DNA of 64,000 nucleotides from Sminthopsis crassicaudata (GCF_048593235.1 NC_133620.1:311875765-311939764), one strand, 5' to 3'; positions 38,914 through 50,393 are shown, numbered from the stretch's first letter. The notes: generated by a model from the sequence alone, not told the origin. Numbers and translations: made by a program.

Positions 38914-40125
38914 TCAGCAACAGAGATCAATTCAAATACTTAAATGCTAATGGTTATCAAGGCACTAAGGAAAAGGAGTTAATCAAGAAGCTTACAATCC
39001 AGAGGGAAAACAAAAGATACAAAAATTACACAACAGGTTATGCTTAGAAGAAAGAATGCCTGGTTAGAACAAAGCATGTTACTTAACCAAAGTCTATAAA
39101 ACAAAGAATACTCAGCTAATTTAAATTAAATCATTCCTAAGCATTATGTCAAGGTTAAAGAACTTTCAGACACTGATGTTAAAGGGAAAACATTGCCAAT
39201 CCTATAGACCAGGATTTTCTCAGCAATTTACTATTTTACAATTGCCTAAGGCATTGAGAGGCTAAATGACTACCCCAGATGCACAAGGGTTTAATTTAAC
39301 CTATATTTCCAGTCAAAGACAGTTTTGGAACCAACCCATAGACAAAATCTCTACCTCTCTTCTGGAATAATGCTGAAGATACCTCACTTCTACAAAGAAG
39401 GTTTTAAATATTGTGAAAAGAGTGGTTATCCAGAGATTCTTAAGGCTTTGATATATGGTCTGTCCCTAGTTATTGAAAATAACATGTGACTAAACAAGGA
39501 AAGAATTTTCTTTTGGAAAAAACTCCCTCCCCATAGGTAAATCTCTAGTCATAAATTGAAGAAAATTATACACTAAAACAAATTCAGATTTCCTGCTTCA
39601 AATTCTGGTTCTTACTGCTTTTGTGATGGCAAATAACTCAACCTATCAGAGTGCCAACTTCCTTAACAGTAAAAAGGAGAAAAGTGGACTAGAGTAACTT
39701 AAGGTAAAATGCCCATTCTCTACTTTCCCTACTGCAGATTCTTTCCTTCTGTCACCCAAAACAAAACAAAAAACACCCCACTACTGAAAGAGTTGTATAC
39801 TGGAAAGCCCTTAATAAATGTTTGATGAACCACTTAAGTCAGTCAAGTTGAAATAATCATTCCAATTATTCCCTTGAAACTTTATTATTAGCTTTCTTTC
39901 TACCATGGTGGCTAGTATACTTAGCAGTTAATTTACCTGTTTGGGTGTAGGCAAGATAAATAGAAGACTGATTGAAGCCTGGTCAATACTGATGCTTGTC
40001 AATTGTTCTGGTAATGGGTTGAAAATGGCTAAATCATGCTCCTGGCAACTATGAAAAACTATGGCTGTAATAAAATTTTAGTCACCCAACAAAATCTACT
40101 GGTATATTTAAAACTGGAGAGTCTA

Positions 40126-40524
<399 letters not shown>

Positions 40525-41006
40525 TTATAACAGACAATGCGGTTAAGCAATGGGGGGAGGGGGGGTTAGAAAATGCGAGTATCCCCCAGGGGCCGATTAT
40601 CCAAGAGACTTGGGTGGGTAGAAACACTCCCCGTTTCTTTCTCAGATCCTGGGGTCAAGCCCAACTACCGGGGTATCCTAGCTCCCCCGCCCCTCCACCC
40701 TCGCAGTGGCTGCCCCTAGCATCAGGGCTCCTTCCCACGTGGGGTAAAGCAATCTGTCAGCGGGGTCAGACCCCTCCCCTCGCGGCCAAACTATCCGGCG
40801 GGAAGGTGACGTCCTCCTCGGCCTGCTCCTCCTCAAGCTCCCGGGGCACGGGCCCGGCGGGTCCGGCTCCGAGCTTCGCGGTCCCAGAGAGGACTTCAAT
40901 CAGAGGCCTTCCGGCTCGGCCAAGCAGGTTCCGCCCCAGACCCAGAGTGGGGGCTTTGGGCAGCTGCGGACCTCTCCACCTCCCCGGAGACCCCGACCAC
41001 ACTCAC

Positions 41007-41135
41007 CACTACCGTGGCGGGGTTCAGCGAAAAGCTCTCGAAGTAGTTGTGCCGGGTCCAGTCTAAGGAGTCTTTCAGCTCCGGCCGCGCGCTGCGCTTC
41101 GCCTCCCGAATCCGCTTCTTGCTTTTGTGGTTCAT
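41007..41135 (-). CDS. JMJD6: JMJD6 exon 1; bifunctional arginine demethylase / lysyl hydroxylase JMJD6
   Basis: [31 protein letters not shown]. 129 nt, donor GTG|GTGAGT. Confidence 0.98.
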
Positions 41136-41893
41136 TCTGCAGGAGGCCCCGACCAGTCCTCCCCTGTCTCAGCTACACTCGACAAGCTCCAGGAGGCTCC
41201 GCGATCCGCCCCCTTTCCTGAACAACGGGATAAGGAGCAAGGAGGTACAGCGCCCGCACTACCTCTCCTTTTCTACCGGCTCCTTTAAATGTACCTTCCA
41301 GAAAATTCAGTTCACTTGCACTTCCCCTATTCCGAGCGTCGGATTGGCCAAAGAAGTTCCTCCGGCACCACCCATCAATCCTAGGAAGCCGCTCATTGGC
41401 CTTGGAGATTTTCAGCCACGCCCTCTGACCCTTGAGTCCATCGCCATATTGAGAAGGTCAAATTGAAAGAGACAACAGGCTAAGGCCTGAAACTGGCCTG
41501 CTATAGCTGCCCCTCGATCTTGCTTCCGGTTTTAGCAATCTGTTTCCGCTCGACATCTTTTTTTTTTTTTTACATTTCCGATGATCTCTCTATCGTTGTT
41601 CAGTTGATTTACTCTAGATTTGCTCTATTTGCCGCTCTGTCAGCATGTTCTTGTCTTTTTAACACATTAATTGCTAAGAGGGCTGAGATACAAAGAGATT
41701 TGGGCCCAAAGAGATTTTCGGGGTGGGGGGGTGGGGTGAGGAAGTAGCCGACACGTGGGAGCCTTAGCCACGTGTTAACAAATTTTACATTTAGGGTTCC
41801 ATCTGGGTTATTGGGTCTCTGCCCACTTTCAGTGCTTCAGGGTTATCCACGCACACTTAATGAAGTATTGGCTTTACCTTGGGTGCCTCAGAT
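41136..41893. promoter_or_regulatory. Bidirectional CpG-island promoter JMJD6/METTL23
   Basis: ATGs 759 bp apart and divergent. ATTGG (CCAAT) at 41343 and 41395, YY1-like CGCCATATT at 41442, ETS CTTCCGG at 41523, CACGTG at 41752 and 41769. Confidence 0.75.
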
Positions 41894-42013
41894 ATGGCTC
41901 ATCCGGAGGCTACATCCCTGGAAGAACCTGTGATCAGGGCCCAGCGGTTCCAGTTCTCAGAGGACCCAGGACCCAGAGAGAAAAGGGCGGTGCTGGAGGT
42001 CCATATTCCCCAG
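41894..42013 (+). CDS. METTL23: METTL23 first coding exon (MAHPEATSLEEPVIRAQRFQFSEDPGPREKRAVLEVHIPQ)
   Basis: First ATG after an in-frame TGA at 41861. 120 nt, donor CAG|GTGGGT, in phase with the next exon. Resembles the recalled mouse N-terminus (..FRFREEP..RAVLEVRVPQ). Confidence 0.85.
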
Positions 42014-42336
42014 GTGGGTAGGATGGTGAGACTTTTAGAGGGAAGATGGGTTAGGGAGGAAGTCAGGGCTTTATATTCAATAAATAAAGGGTCCTTCAGG
42101 GGAACTTTCCCTATCCCTGTGACATATTACTTGGGCTGGGGGACAATTGGAATCCAGCTGGACTGCTTTCCTGAATTAGGCTGAGCCACAGTTCTCTGGG
42201 AATCCTTTTATTGGTAGGAATATGGTTGTGTGGATGAGTACATTTTTGGTGGGGCAGTTTAGAGCTCTAGCAACAAGTTCATCTCTGTGTCTCATGCAGT
42301 GTAGTGGAAAGTGGAGTGGCAGGGCCGGGTTTGAAT

Positions 42337-42823
42337 TGCAATGCTGGAGAAACTAAGGCAAGATAGAGATTAGAGAGTATTTAATGCTTTATTTGAAAGC
42401 ATTTATTGGGACCAAATGAATCCATGGTTTGGTCCCAGGACTGAATGAGACTATCAGCTCCGAGAGTCCAACAAATGATCTGAGTTCTCAATGACATATA
42501 CACATGGCTCAGATACTGGGGGTAGACTGAGGCAGGGGCACAGTCAGGGTGGGGGGGGAAGGCACCAGAGATGACAATGGAGGGAGGCACCCTGGAGAGT
42601 CATCTTGAAAGACGGGTATGATATTCTGATAGATTGGGATGGGGAGATTCTATTCTCTTATATTCTAAAATATATCTTTTATCCTTAACAAATATCCTGA
42701 TAATTAAGAGGGAGGGATGTTTTTGCAGGATTGAGAAGAACAATTGAGGCATAACAAGTCAGGAAAACTGAGTCAGGACAATTAGGGAAACCGAGTCTGG
42801 ATAAAAAGAAAACTGGCACAACA
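42337..42823 (-). mobile_element. ERV solo LTR (probably class I) inserted in a MIR, METTL23 intron 1
   Basis: TG...CA termini. 4-bp TSD GAAT (42333-42336 / 42824-42827). Removing it restores the MIR motif gggtttgaatcc. Two minus-strand AATAAA. Confidence 0.75.
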
Positions 42824-43686
42824 GAATCCTTTCCTGAGCCTTGATTCCCTCATCCCAGCTCCGTATCTGAAATGCACTTCTTTAAAGCTACTCCGTGCCA
42901 CCTTGTACATGAAGCCTATCCTCAGCTACTCTTCCCCAAATTTTGTTCAGTTGTTCACTGAATTAATCCTAATTTTAGTCCCAATCTACTCCATTTCTAG
43001 GATAATGAATTGTTTCCATTTTGTCTGCCCTACACCTGCAGCTTAGAGTTTTTTGGAGGTTTGCAAAATACTTTACCATCTTATTCTCACAATCTTATTA
43101 TCCCAATTTTATGGTGGAGGAAACTGAAGACAAAAGCTAATTTGTCCAGGATGATGCTTGGTCACATTTAACTCGTTTTCCTTCAATCCAGCTTCCGCTC
43201 CTGTTCCATCTAGCTGCCCATTAGATATTTGCACTACCTAATCTTGCAAGGTTGTGGGGAAAATATTTTTTTAAATATTAAAAGCATTACTTGTTAGCAT
43301 GTAGCAAACCATTTTTTAAGATGAGTAACAGAAAGTTCAAGATGTACACATAACATATAGCCAAGTTGCTTCTCCAAACTAAGATGTATAGTAAAAGGAA
43401 ATGCTGGATTTTTACTTAGAACCCAAATTCAATGTGTACCTTTGCTGCTGAGTCACACAGCTTAGATCTTCCCACTTCTTGGCCCAGTTTTCTATTAAAA
43501 ATAATAGAATTTGCTACCAAGTGAACAGGCTAAGGTCACATACTTTTAAGAGAAATTCTTCCCACTATTACACTGACCATCTTTTGAGTTACTCCCCTTT
43601 AAGTGAGATGTACAACATTGAGTTGGGTCACATGGTAGTTTTGCAGCAACTGGATCTTATAATCAGTGAGAATACTTTTATTTCAG

Positions 43687-43791
43687 GTTTTGCATTTCCA
43701 ATATGGTATGTACGTCTGGCCCTGTGCTGTTGTCTTGGCTCAGTACATTTGGCATCACAGAAGGAATCTCACTGGCAAAGCCATATTAGAG
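43687..43791 (+). CDS. METTL23: METTL23 exon (VLHFQYGMYVWPCAVVLAQY...KAILE)
   Basis: AG/GT boundaries, 105 nt. Confidence 0.96.
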
Positions 43792-44563
43792 GTAAAAGTT
43801 GATCAGGTCTTAAAATCTCAAATGACCAGCTTAAGAGCTAATAATTGCTTAAGAGCAATTTCCTAATTCCTCCAGAAAAATGTTTGTTTATGTAATGGTC
43901 TGATAGAGCCTGAGCTCCTTGAAGGCAAAAAGACCCAGACAGAATCACACACCAGATGTGGCCTTTGTGAATCAGGAGCTTGTCATTTGACCTTTTGTTT
44001 GAATAGCAGGCTTTATTATCCTATAAGACTTGCTTCATGTCCCAAATAAAATCTTTTAAGGTATTTCCATAACACTAAGGTCTCCTTAAAAATCTTGCCA
44101 ATTATCATCTTCAATTTGACATTTCTCCTGAAAATGAACTTTTACATTCATTTCTTTTTGCAATTTGCAAAGAACTCTTCTAGGGTTTCCTGCCTTCATA
44201 TTCCACATGTATCTTGTCCTGTGAATTTGGAAATGTGAAGCATTAAGATTATGACAGTTTAATGCCAGGTACTAACACTTGTGAAGCAGTTGGTAAACTC
44301 CAGAAAGCTTCTGAATTTCCTCAAGTCTACTGTGTGGGCCTGGACAGCCTTTGTACCAACAACCCACCAAAATCCTGGCTATAGATATGCAGGTCTACTC
44401 ATCTAGTGACAGATGGCAAAATTGCTTGGTATAATTTATTACAGATGAGTTAAACTGTAAAAAGGGCTTTAATAGGTTCCTCAAGAATTTCAAATGACAC
44501 CAACTTCCTGAGCACAGTACAATATCTGATTTTTCACATCACTTTCTAAATGCTTTATTTTAG

Positions 44564-44801
44564 ATTGGAGCAGGGGTAAGTCTCCCTGGCATAGTGGCTG
44601 CCAAATGCGGTGCTGAAGTAATATTGTCTGACAGCTCTGAGCTGCCTCATTGTATAGAAAATTGTCGGCAAAGTTGCTGGATGAATGACTTGCCCAAGAT
44701 AAGTATCATTGGGCTCACCTGGGGTCAAATCTCTCCAGAACTATTGGCTCTCCCTGCTTTGGATATCATTCTGGCCTCTGATGTATTTTTTGACCCAGAA
44801 G
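44564..44801 (+). CDS. METTL23: METTL23 exon (IGAGVSLPG SAM-binding motif I)
   Basis: AG/GT boundaries, 238 nt, E-IGAG..DIILASDVFF class I methyltransferase motifs. Confidence 0.97.
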
Positions 44802-44924
44802 GTAAGTTTAATGATTTTAGGAATTAATTTTTAAACTTCCTTTAAAGATTTTCCAGTTATTAACTTAAAGGCAAGTTTGATAATAGAAAAAGCAAAACCT
44901 TTATTCACTAAATTGTTCCTACAG

Positions 44925-45009
44925 ACTTTGAAGATATTTTAACTACAGTGTACTACCTAATACAAAGGAACCCTCGTGTTCAGTTGTGGACTACTTACCA
45001 AGTTCGAAG
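44925..45009 (+). CDS. METTL23: METTL23 exon
   Basis: AG/GT boundaries, 85 nt, DFEDILTTVYYLIQRNPRVQLWTTYQVRS. Confidence 0.96.
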
Positions 45010-45302
45010 GTAACCAAGCTGGAAAATATCTTGCACCCATTACCATTATTCATCTTGTTCTGTACATTCTGGCTACTTTTAAGAATTTAATAAGAGTAAA
45101 GAGCTGTTCTTTAGAGTTACTAGCACAGAAAGCAACTTGGCATCTAAATATTACTGTACAAACTAGGCAATATTCTAAATATAAAAGTAAAGCATTCCCA
45201 AACTTTATAAACAAATTGTTAGTTTTGACATAGTTAAGCAAAAATTAATGATTGAAGGGGAAAGCCAACTGCATTGTTAAGAAAAATCTTTATTTTCTTT
45301 AG

Positions 45303-45468
45303 TGCTGAGTGTTCACTTGAAGCTTTGCTCTACAAGTGGGAGCTGCAATGTATCCATATTCCTCTGGAGTCTTTTGGTGCCGACAAAGAACATCTAGCAG
45401 AATCTGCCCTTCCAGGAAGACATACTGTTGAAATGATGATCATTTCTTTGGCAAAGAATGTCCTCTGA
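45303..45468 (+). CDS. METTL23: METTL23 last coding exon
   Basis: Acceptor ttttctttAG. SLEALLYKW...LPGRHTVEMMIISLAKNVL*. Total CDS 714 nt = 237 aa. Confidence 0.96.
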
Positions 45469-45593
45469 AGTGTTCCTATATCTCCAGCAAATAAGTCCTA
45501 TATGCTTCTTTTGAACAATATCACAATTCTGTTTAGTGTGCTTGCTGCATAGTAAAGCCACTAACAAGCCCACCCTTCTCAATAGGAACCAGG

Positions 45594-45599
45594 AATAAA
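45594..45599 (+). terminator. METTL23: METTL23 poly(A) signal AATAAA
   Basis: 126 nt after the stop codon. Confidence 0.65.
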
Positions 45600-45702
45600 A
45601 ATTTGCAGAGTACTAAAAAAGAAAAAATAAAAAAAAAAAAAAAAAAGGAAAAAAAGGAAAAAAATAAAAAAAACAAACCCTAATTTCCTAACCATATTTA
45701 TG

Positions 45703-45708
45703 TTTATT
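45703..45708 (-). terminator. SRSF2: SRSF2 distal poly(A) signal AATAAA
   Basis: Minus strand gtgAATAAAcataaatatgg, followed by a long U-rich tract (45615-45673). A proximal ATTAAA lies at 46093-46098. Confidence 0.6.
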
Positions 45709-46229
45709 CACTTGGCTCGGATAAAATAAAGCTTTAGTGTAAACCAAAGCATGCAACTACCATAATAAATTTTACTTAGTCCCAAGAGGTTAAGTACTTG
45801 GTGACTTTCACCCTTTTAATAGGTGAAAAATACAAAATGGCCAATGCAGGAGCTGTTGATTGGCTACTTTGGTACCTTGGTTTTAGTAACTACTTGGGTA
45901 TGTGCCAATTTGGCAGTAAATACCCGATTTTAACATAAGGGGGAGAAAAAAGTTCAGTTGGAAAAAAATTATTTTACTTTAGTACAGTCAATAATGACAT
46001 TCACAGGTTAGTTGCATAGGTCTTTCAAACTTAAAAAAAAAATTAAGACCAAGACATTGAGTTTAGAGAAAAGCTAACATCAAGAAAAATGTTTTAATTG
46101 TAAACTACAGAAAACAGTGGTTATAATACAGAATATCATAAGCAAATAAGATACACCATGTTATCAGTACTTACAAAGGAATGATTTCCTTAATGTTACA
46201 TTTTTCATATGCCAAGTTCATACATGAAG

Positions 46230-46580
46230 NNNNNNNNNNNNNNNNNNNNNNNNNNNNNNNNNNNNNNNNNNNNNNNNNNNNNNNNNNNNNNNNNNNNNNN
46301 NNNNNNNNNNNNNNNNNNNNNNNNNNNNNNNNNNNNNNNNNNNNNNNNNNNNNNNNNNNNNNNNNNNNNNNNNNNNNNNNNNNNNNNNNNNNNNNNNNNN
46401 NNNNNNNNNNNNNNNNNNNNNNNNNNNNNNNNNNNNNNNNNNNNNNNNNNNNNNNNNNNNNNNNNNNNNNNNNNNNNNNNNNNNNNNNNNNNNNNNNNNN
46501 NNNNNNNNNNNNNNNNNNNNNNNNNNNNNNNNNNNNNNNNNNNNNNNNNNNNNNNNNNNNNNNNNNNNNNNNNNNNNNNT
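46230..46580. other. Assembly gap (N run) within the SRSF2 3'UTR
   Basis: Run of N. Confidence 1.
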
Positions 46581-47132
46581 CAAAAATTAAGTCTTGTCAC
46601 CTGAAAAGTCTTATACAAATTTGGGTTCAGATACTACTTAGCATCTGAAAGTAGTTAGTATTTTACAAACAAATCTACCAAGTTTTGTTGGAATTTTTTT
46701 TTTAAAGAAATGAAGGCAATGTTGAGTTAACTTCTCTTGATAGCATTAGGCTATTCAGCATGTAATGGCTGCATGTTTCCTCAAAACTCAGGAGGCCACA
46801 AATTAGGTTAAGGGAGTCTGTTTAATTTCAAACAAACAAAAAAAAAATCAGCACTATATAAACAAAAATGAAAATTTACCTCAAATATCCAAAGCCAATA
46901 ATGAAATCTGTAGTCGTTCACTTCACTAAATTACAAGAAATTTGAATAACAGCAACAAAAGGGCACATAAAATGAAGTTTGCCATCTGAGGCAGCTTAAA
47001 ACAAGTTAAAAAGTTAGACAAAATGTTACAAAATAACCTTTTCAATAGCCAGTTGCTTGTTCCAGGGACTCTTCAATGGACTGAATGTGGTCTTTCCCCC
47101 CAAGTCATCCATTATGTTGCTTTCTGCGGTAT

Positions 47133-48094
47133 CTAGGTTTGAAAAGAAAGAAATTCAGCCAACTTTCCATACAAACACCCCCAGTATGTGGTTAACTTCA
47201 GGCCAAATTCCTGGTTATGCTTGATGGCCTCACTAAAAAATTTAGTGAAATTGTGCAAAGTTATAATGCTCTACACACCCACCCATATAGCCTAAAGCCT
47301 AATTTGAGTTTAAGCTATCAGCATAAATTTAAAGCCTCGTTTAAACTTCCTTGACCATGAATCAAAAATGAAAATACGAAAAAAGGCTGTATTCAAACCA
47401 TTTTTACCTTGAACCCAGTTCATTATCAATTAGCTGTTATTTTGCACATGTGGGAGAAATATCCTTAAGTTACTTAATGAACACTTAGCTTTTAAATCTG
47501 ACCTACTCAGGCCCCTTTACTTTTAAAAACAGGACCAAATAATTTGAGGAGTTAAAGACACACTATCCTTTCCCACCCTGTATAAAATTTATTTTTCCCC
47601 CAAAATTTGGTGCTTAAATTTTTGGCCAATCCAAATTCCCTGTTATCACATACCAACTGATGAACTGAATGTTCTTTTAAAGGATAGTGCATCTTTAACT
47701 TTTTAAAGACAAACCTGCTCCAACACACGCCCACAGAAACTGGTCCCTGGAGGATCAGCCAAATCAGTTAAAATCTGCAATACTGGCCAATATTCTTTTA
47801 GCAAACAGGAGACCGCAGCTTTAAAGGGGAAAATGCAGATGTTGGATAAAAACAGCAACAATAATCACTTTTCATTAATAGGTCTCTTAACAGTTTAAGC
47901 AAACAGCCATTAATATCTAAATAAACTTTCTGCAAACCTCTGGCTACTCCCATAGCAGAGTAAGTAGAACTCCTAACATAAGTTTATTTCAGGTCAACTG
48001 GCTTAAGAACTACTCCAAACCCCACTTAATTGCTATAGTGTAAATCTGTGTCTCCCGGTTTAGGAGATAAACCTTGGATCCTTATAGACATTAC
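47133..48094 (-). other. SRSF2: SRSF2 3'UTR intron (retained or spliced, autoregulatory)
   Basis: Donor ATG|GTAATG 7 nt after the stop codon. Acceptor ttctttcttttcaaacctAG at 47134-47133. Confidence 0.85.
47715..47818 (-). other. SRSF2: SRSF2 104-nt non-coding cassette exon (NMD-coupled)
   Basis: Acceptor ttttcccctttaaAG and donor CAG|GTTTGT. Exactly 104 nt, essentially matching the recalled human cassette. Confidence 0.85.
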
Positions 48095-48101
48095 CATGAT
48101 C

Positions 48102-48405
48102 CTAAGACGAAACAGCTCCTTCCTCTTCAGGAGACTTGGGGGGACTCTTGGATCGAGATCTAGATTTTGATTCCCTCTTCGACACCGGTGGAGGACTTCT
48201 GGATCTGGACCTGGACCGGGACCGGGACCGGGATCTGGAGACCGACGAGGACTTGGATTTGGATCTACGGGCCGACCTAGACTTGGAGGTAGATCGAGAT
48301 CTGGATCGAGTGCGAGAACGAGACTTGGACCGGCTGTAACGAGATCGGCTTCGGGACCTGGATCGACTCCGGCTTCGGGAACGGCTGCGGCGACGCCGCC
48401 TCGGG
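48102..48405 (-). CDS. SRSF2: SRSF2 exon 2 (RS domain)
   Basis: Acceptor ctgcctctAG. 304 nt, RS repeats ending [11 protein letters not shown]. Confidence 0.98.
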
Positions 48406-48902
48406 CTAGAGGCAGAAACAGGAATAACAGGCAGGGTTAGAAAATAGCTGGTTCGGCCCCGCCCGCGTGCTCCCGCCCAGGCCGCCATTATCTCACCCCA
48501 CCAAGCGCCGCCATTTCCCTAGTCTAAAGGGGGAGGGGAGCCTTCTCCCCGAGCCATTATTCCCCACCTCACAAACCAGGCCTGGCTACACCCTGGAACC
48601 CGAGGGGTCCAGAATCTTGCCCCAAGACATTGGGAACAAAAGGCTCCACTGTGGGGGAGGGGAGGGTGGGACCACGTGCCCCCTTCTAGCCCCCACCATT
48701 TAGACCACCACGTGGCTCCTTGGGCCCAAGGGAGCACCTTTCGTTCCTTCAGCTTCCCTCCCTCTCGATTTCAGGGAAAATAGGGTATAAAAATCGATCC
48801 TTATCTGGAGACTTTAAAACAATCACATTCGCCACACCACCCTAACCATCTCTTCCATTCTCTGCCAACCAGAACCCCTGAAAGTTGCCGCCCCCCTTTT
48901 AC

Positions 48903-49264
48903 CTGCGGCTCCGACGTCCGTAGCCGCCTCCCCCGTACCTGCGGGGCGGCGGTCCTCGGCGGCTGTGGTGGGAGTCGGGCGGGCGGCCATAGCGGGCCAT
49001 TTGCACCCGCAGCTCCCGGCCATCAAGCACGGCGCCGTCCATGGCGTCCATAGCATCTTCCGCGTCACGCTTGTCGTGGAAGCGCACGAAGGCAAAGCCA
49101 CGGGACTCTTTAGTGTAGCGATCGCGGGGGATGTAGACATCGCCCACCCGGCCATACTTCTCAAAGACTCGCCGCAGCGTGTCGGGCGAGGTGCGATAAG
49201 TCAGATTATCCACCTTCAGGGAGGTCATTCCCTCCACGTCTGGGGGAGGACGCCCGTAACTCAT
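48903..49264 (-). CDS. SRSF2: SRSF2 exon 1 (RRM); serine/arginine-rich splicing factor 2 (SC35), 221 aa
   Basis: [29 protein letters not shown] (RNP1). 362 nt, donor CAG|GTAAAA. Pro95 is wild-type (CCG, 48980-48982). Confidence 0.99.
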
Positions 49265-50393
49265 GGCCGACTAGGGCTCGGCCCGAAGGCTGCGCGCCGA
49301 GAAATCAACGCCCTGGGAGGGCCCGCGCGCGCTCAGCTAGAGGCGGTAGCAGCGACCCCGACGGTTCGCCGCAACTAGCAGGCTCCAGTGACCCTTTCTC
49401 TTCACAGGGGCCTGCGGCTCGGTCGGTGGGAGGAGATTTAGAAGAGCTTGATCCGGCTTCACGATCGTCGAGATGGTTGCACGACCTTCCTCCTCCCTCA
49501 CCTGAAAAGTAACTGAACAGGGCACTACAATCCAGCGCCCGTTTATCACCCTCCTCACAAAATGGCGACAGCGCTACCCGGAAATGAAAACTCTTGAGTC
49601 ATTAGCTCCGCCCCTCGGCCAATCTGTGTAGCCCAATCTCCTCTCGACAACCCTTCGATTCCCCGCCCCCACTAGGGCCTGGACGTAGGAGCTAAGGCCC
49701 CGCCTGCAGAGGGCGTCGTTCGCTGACTGGGTGAGCTTGGCGGGAAGGGGACCTCCCGAGCCCGCCAGACGCTTTTCCTGCAGTCCACTGGACGCGGGAG
49801 GTTCCTTCCCCTTTAATAGGATTGGAGTCTGAAGGGATTAGAGAAGGGTGTGGACTAACTCTTGGCTCCGCCCCACCCGGCCCCACCCTAAAACATTCTC
49901 CTGTGTTGGAGCTCCACGATCACGCCCCAGCCCTTCCAATTGTCCTGTGGGTCCGCTGCCCCATTAGACTCCCCCCACCTCAGTTACAGCCCTTCGGGGT
50001 CCCGCGCTCCACGTCCTTCACGTCCACATCCGAGGAGTGGGTGTGCCCGCCCCGGCCTAGCCCACTCGCCTCGGGACTCCATTTCCCAGCGACCCCAACT
50101 CGCTCAAACCCGTGCCCCATCAGCTGACCGAGTCGCCTGACTGGACTGGCACTCCCCGGCCCAGGGCTGGGGCCCCGGGTCACACCCACTACCCTCCCGA
50201 GTCCGGCGGCGAATGTCTCCTGTCTGCACGTGCGGAAGGAACCTTCGTCCCCAGCTGTGAAAGGGGTCAGCCCCGCTGCCTTCGCCTCTCCGAGCCCTGG
50301 TTCTCATCCCCCTCTTTAGTCTCTATCAGACCTTTCGTTTGTCTCGCCAGGGATTTCGAGCGGGCTCTGTGGTGCTGGGAGAGCCGAGGCAAA
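49265..50393. promoter_or_regulatory. Bidirectional CpG-island promoter SRSF2/MFSD11
   Basis: Divergent ATGs 1130 bp apart. YY1 AAAATGGCG at 49559, ETS CCGGAAAT at 49578, CCAAT at 49619 and 49633, several GC boxes. Confidence 0.8.

Noticed and set aside
40614-41466. Several 70-150 aa ORFs in JMJD6 intron 1 and promoter
   Set aside because: Expected by chance in GC-rich CpG-island DNA. Low-complexity Pro/Gly/Ser content with no family match.
48136-48339. Antisense ORF with DRDLD repeats
   Set aside because: Simple reverse-strand consequence of the SRSF2 RS-domain codons.
48400-48490. MIR636 orthologue
   Set aside because: The mature-arm sequence recalled from human is not present. Only the GC-rich 5' part is shared.
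48823-49378. Alternative-frame and antisense ORFs over SRSF2 exon 1
   Set aside because: GC-rich overlap with a fully conserved CDS. No evidence for dual coding.
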